From IMG/VR virus record IMGVR_UViG_3300023179_000029, positions 32,001-96,000 of that record: a DNA stretch of 64,000 nucleotides. One strand, written 5' to 3'. Below are positions 55,611-64,000 of this stretch, piece by piece; the first letter of the stretch is position 1, and the number at the start of each line of letters is the position of its first letter. The position numbers and the translations under genes are program-made. This stretch comes from a virus. The notes beneath the pieces were generated by a model. The model did no database searches, was not told the DNA's origin, and worked only from the letters and a program-made list of their open reading frames with translations.

Positions 55611-58600
55611 CTAACCCATAGAAACAATCGGGTTACCTTTTCGAGCTAAAGTTTCTTTCATTTTAACTTCTAAATACACTGTATTAATATTAAAATTAGA
55701 CACATTAAAAGTTGTATAAGATTTAGTATGGGTTGTTTGACTAGACGAATTTATCGGTTTATTGATGATAATAAACATGCTATCCAAAGTGTCTTGATAA
55801 AATTGCCCAGTATTCTGTTGTCCTAATCCATTATCAGCTTGCACCCATCCATTTGTATTATTTTTAAACGAAATTTTAGCATTGGGTTCAGCAGTAGCAA
55901 AAATATCTGTATACAAATTCATTGTTCCAAGAGTGGCATCAACGGCATCAATATTGCCATCGGTAAACTGATCTGCATAGACGGCCGCAATTGATATGTA
56001 TTTAGTTGAAGGGCGCGTATAAGTACTTGGAGTGGTATTAATTGCACTAACTCTTAAGTTTGATGGATCAAAATATGAATTGTTTGAAATTTGCTCCCCG
56101 GTGTTTACGTCTTTCCAAATACCGGTCGCACTATCTTTATAAAGAGAAATTTTAATCCAAACAAAATCAGTTGGGTTCGTGTCACAAGTTCCTATTAATT
56201 GCCAATATGAATTTGTATCATATGGATAAGTTGTATTAATACTGTAATAATTATTGTTTTGTAAACTTCTATATACTCTGTATATGCCATCATCTTGTTT
56301 GTAAGAAATTAAATCGCCAAGTGAGTAAGTAATTCGTGGATAGTCTGGGCCGGGAGGATTAGTGGCCCCAGTTTTAAGACCCTGCCTACCAGCAGAATCA
56401 GTTCCAAGAATATCTGGATTAAACCAATTGCCTTTATAGTTAATTGTTTTATAATTGGAAGACCTTGTAGAATCATAAAGTTTAATGGTGGCTGTTAAAG
56501 GCGCATTAGTTGCATTAATGTAAGCGCCGGTGTGAATATTAGATGCGGGTTTCCAAACAGTGGTTCCATCCTTGGTCATCGTCAATGTATTGTTAGATTT
56601 ACTTAAAACATAAACCCCCCGGTCGATCACTCCGGAATCGTCGGCCAAAAATGCTCCGACTCCAAAGTTGGCAATTGTTGAACTATTTGCAAAAGTTAAA
56701 ACGCCACTAGTAGTAAGGGTAGCGGCCGAGGTTTGTTGGCGGGTCGCCTTATCAGAATACCCAGTAAATAAGCAAACCCATACATCGATTTGATAAACAC
56801 TTTTACCACTTGGAAGTGATGAAGGAGTTGATAACGTCCAATCCATAAATTCAGTAGAAGAATTCGATACAGAGTTTCTAACTATGGTCGTTGCGAGAGG
56901 TGTAATGCCTCTGACTGTAGCTCCGGCGTTATGAGTTGTTGGAATAGTATTACTATAACCTCGTCCAGTTGATGGAACAGTTAAAACATTGCCAGATTTT
57001 GTGTATTTAATATATTCTTCATCAATAAGTACAACCCCAGATGCGGCGAACGCGCTTGCGCTTGCTACGGTAAACGAAATCGACCCTGCTGTGCTAGTAA
57101 TTGCCGTTGACAAGGTTGTGGTTCCCGTGCCATTAACGGCGGCGACAAAATCAGATCCCGATGGATATATCGACCATCTAGTACCGCTTTGAGTGGCAAC
57201 CGAAGGCCTTTGATTTCTAAACACCATGGCATTGGTGTTATGATTAAAATTTGCAACCGGTTTAATATAAAGAATGTCTTGATTACTACTTTTGTAAAAA
57301 CTATTAAAGTACATTGCAAGAGCGCCATCTGAATCAATTGAATTAAGGTATATAGTAGAATTTTGAGGAAGGGCGGATCCACTTTTTGTTAATTGGGTTT
57401 GAGCAGTATAAGATCCATCAATTGTGATGGTTGGTTCGTTAGTAGGAGACAATGAATCAGATTTTAAGAAACTAAATCCAGAAGAACCTTCAATGTCCCC
57501 TTCGGGAATCATGTACCTATTACCAATAATTTCCGGTTTATTTACATTTTGATCCGAAAAATTAGAAGGGCCATCATACGCTGAATGAATTGTAGAACTT
57601 TCAGGGTTATCAATTGGGGCATCATTTATAAATGGGTTTAACGAATCATAAATATACTGACTTTTATAAATATCACTAGTCCATGGATACCAACGAGAAG
57701 ACCCTAAATAAGTAAATTTATAATAACCTTGATAGCTATTTAAACCGCCAGCAAGATATCTTTTGCTGTTTAAAATATAATTAGTTGTTTGACGAACCGT
57801 AGTATTAAGTGGGAATGCGCCTTCTTCTAATATTGTCGGTTTATTATAATCTTTAAATATCGATAAATTAACTGCCAAATCAGTTGGAGCTTTGTATGAA
57901 ATTGGATATTGATGAGGTGAAAAAATATTGACTAAATCATTAATATTAGCCGGGCCAAAACCGTTTGTAAATTCACTAGATTTGCCATAAAAACTTGTGC
58001 TTGGAATGGTGATTGGTGTATACTGGTCTCCTCCAGTATTACGAATTGCATCTTTCATTTTTATAATCCAATTGCGAACAACAGTTTTACTATTGACACC
58101 TCTGGGCATAAGTGACAAATAAGGAATATAATGCCTATCTGAATTAAAAAAGGACTGTCCAACCCATTGAGTATCATTAGTAATAGTGCAGGATTCAGGC
58201 AATGAAGAAGACACTACGCCATTAGAATTTGACAATGTGACGGTATAAAGACCATTTGAATCAACAATTGTGTCGCCAGTAGTAAATGATATTCTGCCAT
58301 CTTTCGGAATTGTTTCACCATAAATGCGATAAGTCGTATTTGGCTTCAATTGTTGGCGCGAATAGGTCGCATTTTCAATTGATGGGGTGCTAGATGGCAC
58401 AGGTCCAATAACGGTAAAAATATTTGGAGAGAGAACGGTTTTAACGGTATAACTTCCATTGACGTTTGATGGTGTCGCCCCAGAAATTGTAACCTTATCG
58501 CCAATTTTTAAATAATGCGGACTACCCGTGGTATATGTATATGTGTATATTGATCCTGACGACGATACCGTGACGCCATAATCCGGCAATAGTGCATCGT

Positions 58601-61034
58601 TTTTAATAATTTTTTTATAAGTATTTAATATTTTTGTATGACCAGATGCATTCAAATTATTATTTGAATCATAATCAGAAGCTAAAATTAAATTTGTTTC
58701 TTTTGATGAATTTACATCTATGAAATAAATATTTCTATCGAAGAATTCGGCTTGTATTAATTTAGTAATCTTTTGATTCCATTTTATCATTGGTTTCAAA
58801 CCGTCTTGTGCTAATGGCACGATTGAAGTTGGAATATTATTATCAATAGAGTTTAGGAATATGGGGCGCGGATCGGACGATTCGATTTGCCAGTAATCTA
58901 AACAGGCCGTCCCGTTTGTTACATTTAAAGTGATTGTAATGGTATTTTCACCCGCAGGTAATGCGTTCAATCTTTTGACCACTGGTAATGCAAAATAGTT
59001 TGAGTCGTTTGTGCTTGGTTTATAAACATCCGTTCCAGATGTTAGACCTTGTGTATAAGTATTGCCATTAACTGAGATTGTAGCGCTAGCAGTAGATCCA
59101 TATTCCACCATGAATCCAATAGCCAGTGTTTCACCAGCAATAAAATTTAATGGTGTAGTAATTGTTACCGTAGTACTTCCGGATCCGCCAACCGGTTGAT
59201 ATCGCTGATAACTTCCTCCAGATGCGCTGTATGCGGCAGTGTTAACCGTTGAATCAACTGTTGTAAATCCACTCAAATTTGAAAATTCTGTAACATAACC
59301 GAATTTAGTAGACAATCTACTTAAAATAACTTTTAAAGATTGCGTAAAAAATCCGTCATTGTAACCTTGGCTTATTCCATATAATTTAAAGTCTTCTTTG
59401 CCAAAATTAATAGAATTAAATTTGAAATCGTTTCCATTAGGATAATTTTTTAATACCTGCCCATAACCAGTGGGAACGCCGCTGCTATGATTGTTGGAAG
59501 ACAATATTGCGTTAGACGCTCCAAAATTTTGCTCAGTTAGCAAAGGACTTAAACTACTCGCAAGTTGGCTAGAATACCTTTGAGAAATCGGCGTAGTCAA
59601 TCCTGTACCGACGATTACAGAATCTCCTACAAAACCAAAGGTGTCGATATCAGAACTGGATTGAGGTTTAAATGCCGTAGCATTAGATAAAAGGTCAATA
59701 ATCGCGGTTGTACTACCTTCTGTTGTTTGAACCAGTTTTAAATCATCAATATCTTTTTCTTTATAAATTAAAGATACATACGAACCAACGATTTCTTCTT
59801 CTGACAATTGCGGATATGAACCGTAAGCTAGGCGCTCAAATCCATTGATATTAATTGTATTACCAGAAAACGTTAAGCTTTGGTAATAAAGAAGTTCAAC
59901 TTTGTTTCCGGTCGTATCCGTCAACAGCGCAAACCCGGCGCCGTTTAATTTATCGGAAGGAAATCCGGTTCCTGACTGATTTGTTCCATAGGCATTATAT
60001 GTTCCATCGTCATTTTGTACATAATATGTGATAACAGCGTCATCAAATTGTTCAACTGGTTCGTTAATTAAACTATACCAAGCAACTGCCGGGTGAGTTT
60101 TCACAGCGTTGGCAACACTGGCCCAGAAACTAGCTTGTGCGGTCCATCTGTCGGCATCATTGGCCCAAGATAACCAATCAGGTTGGTTTCCTGCAATCCA
60201 CGAATTTACGCCGTTAATAATGACGTAAAGATCATATTTTGCAGCTAAATCACAAAAAGCATATAGGGCGTCAAGTTGACCTTGGTCAACGGCAAAAGGA
60301 TTTGTATTTACAGTCGTTGATACAATATCTGTGCCCGTACCCGTTACGGCTACATCCTCTGTATCAGTGGGGTCTATTTGACCTCCATTGGATGCATCGA
60401 TGGCTGATTGATAACCTTGGTCATCAAGCATAAATTGGTCCATTTGAAGACAAATGCGAATAATTCGTGATTTAGCAATATTTTTCATAATTGCTAAATC
60501 AAGTTCTATCGAACCCAAGCCTACTAAACATATATTGGTAATTGAAATGCCAGAAGTATTATTATTAACAAAATTTGAAAATTGTTGTTGGAACGTAATT
60601 GTATTATTAACTGTGTTAATATTAGAAATAGCTTGACGGTTATTGGCCGCATCTGTTGCAGCGCCTTCAATACTAAAAATAATTGACGCCCCATTGATAG
60701 GGCTTGTACTAGTCAAAGATGGACTTCCAGCAATAGTAACCTTATCTGTCCCAACAGTAAAAGTATCCGAGGTAAGCGGTTCATTTAATGTCAAAGTGAC
60801 GTTGTAAGTAAAAGTTGGCCCATTTCCAGAAACATATGACCAAGCTATTTTATTAACAGTAAAAACGCCGCCTTTAGCATACAGATTATCGTTCCAAACA
60901 TTTTCTATGATTTCTCCATATGCGCCGATATCTAAAATATTTAAATTGTCATAATTATGTCCCCAAGCAGGAAACAAAGAACCGTCTTGCTTAACAATAT
61001 TGGCTCCGTCTATTTTAAGCCTTTGCGTAATCAT
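55611..61034 (-). CDS. Giant virion protein: GH5-like glycoside hydrolase interrupted by SGNH-like and beta modules
   Basis: LKIDG..IV..DG...WGHNY, IIRI, FW..VA...K.HPAVAWYSLINEP, SPHQYP, KPTILEEG; FVGDS. Confidence 0.8.
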   Translation of the reverse strand: MITQRLKIDGANIVKQDGSLFPAWGHNYDNLNILDIGAYGEIIENVWNDNLYAKGGVFTVNKIAWSYVSGNGPTFTYNVTLTLNEPLTSDTFTVGTDKVTIAGSPSLTSTSPINGASIIFSIEGAATDAANNRQAISNINTVNNTITFQQQFSNFVNNNTSGISITNICLVGLGSIELDLAIMKNIAKSRIIRICLQMDQFMLDDQGYQSAIDASNGGQIDPTDTEDVAVTGTGTDIVSTTVNTNPFAVDQGQLDALYAFCDLAAKYDLYVIINGVNSWIAGNQPDWLSWANDADRWTAQASFWASVANAVKTHPAVAWYSLINEPVEQFDDAVITYYVQNDDGTYNAYGTNQSGTGFPSDKLNGAGFALLTDTTGNKVELLYYQSLTFSGNTININGFERLAYGSYPQLSEEEIVGSYVSLIYKEKDIDDLKLVQTTEGSTTAIIDLLSNATAFKPQSSSDIDTFGFVGDSVIVGTGLTTPISQRYSSQLASSLSPLLTEQNFGASNAILSSNNHSSGVPTGYGQVLKNYPNGNDFKFNSINFGKEDFKLYGISQGYNDGFFTQSLKVILSRLSTKFGYVTEFSNLSGFTTVDSTVNTAAYSASGGSYQRYQPVGGSGSTTVTITTPLNFIAGETLAIGFMVEYGSTASATISVNGNTYTQGLTSGTDVYKPSTNDSNYFALPVVKRLNALPAGENTITITLNVTNGTACLDYWQIESSDPRPIFLNSIDNNIPTSIVPLAQDGLKPMIKWNQKITKLIQAEFFDRNIYFIDVNSSKETNLILASDYDSNNNLNASGHTKILNTYKKIIKNDALLPDYGVTVSSSGSIYTYTYTTGSPHYLKIGDKVTISGATPSNVNGSYTVKTVLSPNIFTVIGPVPSSTPSIENATYSRQQLKPNTTYRIYGETIPKDGRISFTTGDTIVDSNGLYTVTLSNSNGVVSSSLPESCTITNDTQWVGQSFFNSDRHYIPYLSLMPRGVNSKTVVRNWIIKMKDAIRNTGGDQYTPITIPSTSFYGKSSEFTNGFGPANINDLVNIFSPHQYPISYKAPTDLAVNLSIFKDYNKPTILEEGAFPLNTTVRQTTNYILNSKRYLAGGLNSYQGYYKFTYLGSSRWYPWTSDIYKSQYIYDSLNPFINDAPIDNPESSTIHSAYDGPSNFSDQNVNKPEIIGNRYMIPEGDIEGSSGFSFLKSDSLSPTNEPTITIDGSYTAQTQLTKSGSALPQNSTIYLNSIDSDGALAMYFNSFYKSSNQDILYIKPVANFNHNTNAMVFRNQRPSVATQSGTRWSIYPSGSDFVAAVNGTGTTTLSTAITSTAGSISFTVASASAFAASGVVLIDEEYIKYTKSGNVLTVPSTGRGYSNTIPTTHNAGATVRGITPLATTIVRNSVSNSSTEFMDWTLSTPSSLPSGKSVYQIDVWVCLFTGYSDKATRQQTSAATLTTSGVLTFANSSTIANFGVGAFLADDSGVIDRGVYVLSKSNNTLTMTKDGTTVWKPASNIHTGAYINATNAPLTATIKLYDSTRSSNYKTINYKGNWFNPDILGTDSAGRQGLKTGATNPPGPDYPRITYSLGDLISYKQDDGIYRVYRSLQNNNYYSINTTYPYDTNSYWQLIGTCDTNPTDFVWIKISLYKDSATGIWKDVNTGEQISNNSYFDPSNLRVSAINTTPSTYTRPSTKYISIAAVYADQFTDGNIDAVDATLGTMNLYTDIFATAEPNAKISFKNNTNGWVQADNGLGQQNTGQFYQDTLDSMFIIINKPINSSSQTTHTKSYTTFNVSNFNINTVYLEVKMKETLARKGNPIVSMG

Positions 61035-61038
61035 TTAA

Positions 61039-62580
61039 TTAATTAAGTCTATGTTCAAAGACAAGAGTGACTGTAAGATTTTGAGGAGCGGTACCAGAGC
61101 TAATGCCAGTAATGTATAAACCAATTCTATTTCTATCAGTAATAGAAATTGGAGTAAAATCATTACTATCTAAATGACTAGCGGTTGATGTAGCAGTTTT
61201 TCTAGTCGTTCCACTAGCGTCACTACCAAGCGTAACGCCTCCAGTGGGCAAAATAACGCTGGTATTTGATCCAGTGTTAATTGGATTATTATCATTAATT
61301 TGATAAATTTGAAAATTAACGGCTCCACTAGAAGTTGCATAATGAACTTCAACCAATTTCATGGATGTGTCCCCTTGGGTTAATCCAGTACTTCCAGTTG
61401 GTGTAGCTGGCCACCCATGAATTGCAAAAAATTGAGGAATTGCCAAAGCGCCACTGGTGACAATATTTCCTTGAATCATAAAATTATGAGAAGTCCTAAA
61501 TACATGAGGGTGCACTCCAGCAGCAACTTGATCAGATCCTGTTCCGACATTTTTAACTGCCGAGTTTCCAAGGCCAAGATTGGTAATAGCCGCAGGTTTA
61601 TTAGTTAAATCGCTTAAATTGGAAGATATTTGAGCGGCTCCAACAATTCTTGAATCATCGCCAGCGGCAACGGTTCCAGATGTTCGGCCGATATTTTTAG
61701 AAGCTGAATTACCAGCATCGGTAATTTGACTAATAGTATGAGTATGAGAAGTTGGAGCGGCGCCTAAATCAGAATAAGACAGGTAAATATTAGATCCAAC
61801 TTTTGGAGTGCCGACTGGAACAGTAATTTGAGAAATACCGCTTGCTGCTTCTGGAAACCAGTCCGAATAATTATTATTTGTGGTTTGAAATTTAACATAA
61901 GTTCCGGGATTAGTTCCACCAGTTTTAATGATTTTGTCACCGATGTACCAAGCATGGCCATTATACGGTGAAATTGCAGCGGTATTAAATGCGGTATCAC
62001 TAGATACCGATTCGTACTGGATCGGGGTTTGAACAGGTAAATAAGACGCATCGATTTTACTACTAGAATTTAATCCAACATAACCGTTGGCCTGATTTTT
62101 CTCCGACGTATTTTGTTTACCAGTCAAAGTCGATGAAAGACTGGTAATGTCTGTAATGGCGTGAGTGTGAACTAACGGAGCCTTACCGCTTACATTAGTG
62201 GCAATAGTTGATAAATCTGAAGTTAAATTAGTAATTTTTGATTGGCTCAAAGTGCCATTAATTTTTGCATCTGTTACAGATGCGTCACTTGGAGTGCGAT
62301 CATTACTTAATCTAGTATCACTACCTAAAACGAGTTGCAGATCTCCAGTGCCAGTATCGGCACTTATTGTTCTAGTGTTACTATTGTATATAATAGGAGC
62401 ATTGGCATTAACAATGCCGACCTCGCCCATATCCCCCTTTTCTCCCTGTGGGCCTTGAGGGCCTTGAACGTATATGCCGCCAATCGCAACAGAAACTTTT
62501 TGATTTTCGGTATTTAAAGTTAAACCCTGAGAATCTTCAACAAGAAGTATCTTTTTAGTGCCATCTATTTCCAGATTCAT
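61039..62580 (-). CDS. Fibre protein with a collagen run and HxH repeats
   Basis: GPQGPQGEKGDMGE; HTHAITDIT / HTHTISQIT; NLSDLTNKPAAITNLGLG; ATG 62580 overlaps the upstream stop. Confidence 0.8.
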   Translation of the reverse strand: MNLEIDGTKKILLVEDSQGLTLNTENQKVSVAIGGIYVQGPQGPQGEKGDMGEVGIVNANAPIIYNSNTRTISADTGTGDLQLVLGSDTRLSNDRTPSDASVTDAKINGTLSQSKITNLTSDLSTIATNVSGKAPLVHTHAITDITSLSSTLTGKQNTSEKNQANGYVGLNSSSKIDASYLPVQTPIQYESVSSDTAFNTAAISPYNGHAWYIGDKIIKTGGTNPGTYVKFQTTNNNYSDWFPEAASGISQITVPVGTPKVGSNIYLSYSDLGAAPTSHTHTISQITDAGNSASKNIGRTSGTVAAGDDSRIVGAAQISSNLSDLTNKPAAITNLGLGNSAVKNVGTGSDQVAAGVHPHVFRTSHNFMIQGNIVTSGALAIPQFFAIHGWPATPTGSTGLTQGDTSMKLVEVHYATSSGAVNFQIYQINDNNPINTGSNTSVILPTGGVTLGSDASGTTRKTATSTASHLDSNDFTPISITDRNRIGLYITGISSGTAPQNLTVTLVFEHRLN

Positions 62581-62966
62581 ACGCCGACAACCTTGATTCC
62601 CCCGTAAAGCAGCGCATCCGTGATGCCATTGTGAGTTATGGTTAAATCGTAGACGCCGGATTTCCAAGTACTTGGCTTGCCAAGATTTTTTGTCACAGTG
62701 TCCGCAATCTGCAATTTAATTTGACCTTGGTTGCTGGTAGTAGTTCCAAGTGAGATCGTACAATCGGCATCCCGATTGGCGTTTTCTAATGTTGCCAAAG
62801 TTAATAATGCTCTGCCATTTGGTTTGTCTCTAATAACCATTTCCGCAGTGTAACCAGCTAAATTACGCGGGGACGTTTTATCCATTGTTTCATACAATGT
62901 TAAAACTTCAAAAAAAGTCGCGCCTTGCCAAATAGTAAAAGTATGTTTATCAGGTATCATAGTCAT
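62577..62966 (-). CDS. BppU/fibre-adaptor-like protein
   Basis: FTIWQGATF...PRNLAGYTAEMVIR...GVYDL.....LLYG.I.V. Confidence 0.65.
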   Translation of the reverse strand: MTMIPDKHTFTIWQGATFFEVLTLYETMDKTSPRNLAGYTAEMVIRDKPNGRALLTLATLENANRDADCTISLGTTTSNQGQIKLQIADTVTKNLGKPSTWKSGVYDLTITHNGITDALLYGGIKVVGV

Positions 62967-63047
62967 GCTATAAATTATTGTCCGCTTAAGCTATAAATCT
63001 ACAGCCCAATGTCTTCAGGTTCAATAATAATATCTTGAATATCCCAA

Positions 63048-63998
63048 TCAATCTCCATCGGCAGCCTCCTTTCCTATATCATCAAGGTCCAGCGTCCAAA
63101 TTTCAGGAGTAGTTAATGGCTGGTCCCCAAGCATAAGAGACTCAATAATGTGTTGCATGTAAGTTTGACCCGGGCGGCCAATAACCTTTTTCTTTGTATC
63201 TGGATGATTGTAAAATGGGGTAAGCAGTGTTGAAAATCCTGCATCAGCCTTTTTCTTAAAAGGAATCGCCCCCTTAGGATGATTGACTGCCTCTGCTTTA
63301 TCCCAATCTTTTGCCACTTGCTTACGAGCGGGTTTAGTGTCATTAAACCAACTAGGAGTCTTTGGCTTATCTGACTTTTTATCTCTTTTATCCCATGCCA
63401 CATGCTCATGCGGAGTTGGCTTGAGCGCATGCAAATGATCTTTAGAAGGATGATGGCCGGGTAAATGCAATGTGACATTCTTTAAACCTTTGGAAAATTG
63501 CGCTAGGGGCATGTGACCATATCCGGAGGCATCTCTAGCAGCCTGCAATTCTCGCTCGGCTTTGAAATAATCACGAAGATTAAGATCATCCTTTTTACGA
63601 CCAAGAATCCCTAATATCTCTGGGGTAATCATTCCAAGTTGACTAGTTTCGGGAGCAAGATAGAACCAAGCTTCATCGATTTGGTGAGGGTCCATATCTC
63701 TAGTGAAATATTGCTTCATTAGAGAAGATCTGAAATGGTGACCCCTGCCGCCTTTTTCGATATCTTCAAGCGCGGCCTTAGTGACCCCCTTGATATTTTT
63801 GGAAATATCAGAAATTGGTTTTACATGATAAGCGAGCGGCTGTGGGTAGATGGCTGAATCGGGGTGCTTAGATTCAAAAAACATTCTATTGTCACCAAAA
63901 TCATAATCTTCATGCACCTTGGCATTTGTAGCCCTTTTGAGACGCTTAATAAGGCGCTTGGTGGCCTCTCTGTGAATATCTTCAGAGGTTGCCTCAGG
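63048..63998 (-). CDS. Hypothetical protein (partial; frame open to the window end)
   Basis: No stop between 63917 and 63998. Confidence 0.65.
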   Translation of the reverse strand, partial: PEATSEDIHREATKRLIKRLKRATNAKVHEDYDFGDNRMFFESKHPDSAIYPQPLAYHVKPISDISKNIKGVTKAALEDIEKGGRGHHFRSSLMKQYFTRDMDPHQIDEAWFYLAPETSQLGMITPEILGILGRKKDDLNLRDYFKAERELQAARDASGYGHMPLAQFSKGLKNVTLHLPGHHPSKDHLHALKPTPHEHVAWDKRDKKSDKPKTPSWFNDTKPARKQVAKDWDKAEAVNHPKGAIPFKKKADAGFSTLLTPFYNHPDTKKKVIGRPGQTYMQHIIESLMLGDQPLTTPEIWTLDLDDIGKEAADGD

Positions 63999-64000
63999 AC

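Noticed and set aside
1-64000. Prophage or bacterial chromosome origin
   Set aside because: No integrase, att site or host housekeeping context; all genes fit one phage. Portal and large terminase were not recognised and probably lie outside the window.

Overview
The whole window is a segment of a large, probably lytic myovirus genome. Its capsid protein, prohead protease and gene order resemble, by my recollection, the mycobacteriophage cluster C / Bxz1-like actinophages. 1-7.7 kb (+): replication/recombination block with partial DnaE, RecA, Hjc-like nuclease, Cas4-like exonuclease, RuvC, a sigma-70 region-4 protein, a Zn/HTH protein and an SNF2 helicase. 7.7-64 kb (-): a long virion operon. 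Read in transcription order it carries fibre proteins and a GH5-containing giant protein, head-associated proteins, protease/scaffold, decoration protein, major capsid, neck, sheath, tube, chaperone with a -1 frameshift, tape measure, hub, spike, wedges and baseplate. Two small (+) genes with their own promoters interrupt it. Most unusual observations: (1) a baseplate hub split into one C-terminal gene and three tandem N-terminal paralogues, each ending in a different peptidoglycan hydrolase; (2) recursively nested ('matryoshka') insertion of a shared set of small beta-modules across several virion proteins, including an SGNH domain inside a GH5 barrel; (3) a ~205-nt rod-like RNA fold with a mutually exclusive terminator upstream of a secreted NlpC/P60 gene; (4) recurrent [KRH]-x-[AS] motifs suggesting polyprotein-style processing of head proteins; (5) a candidate leaderless late-promoter motif. 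All family calls come from reading motifs by eye; no database searches or folding programs were run.
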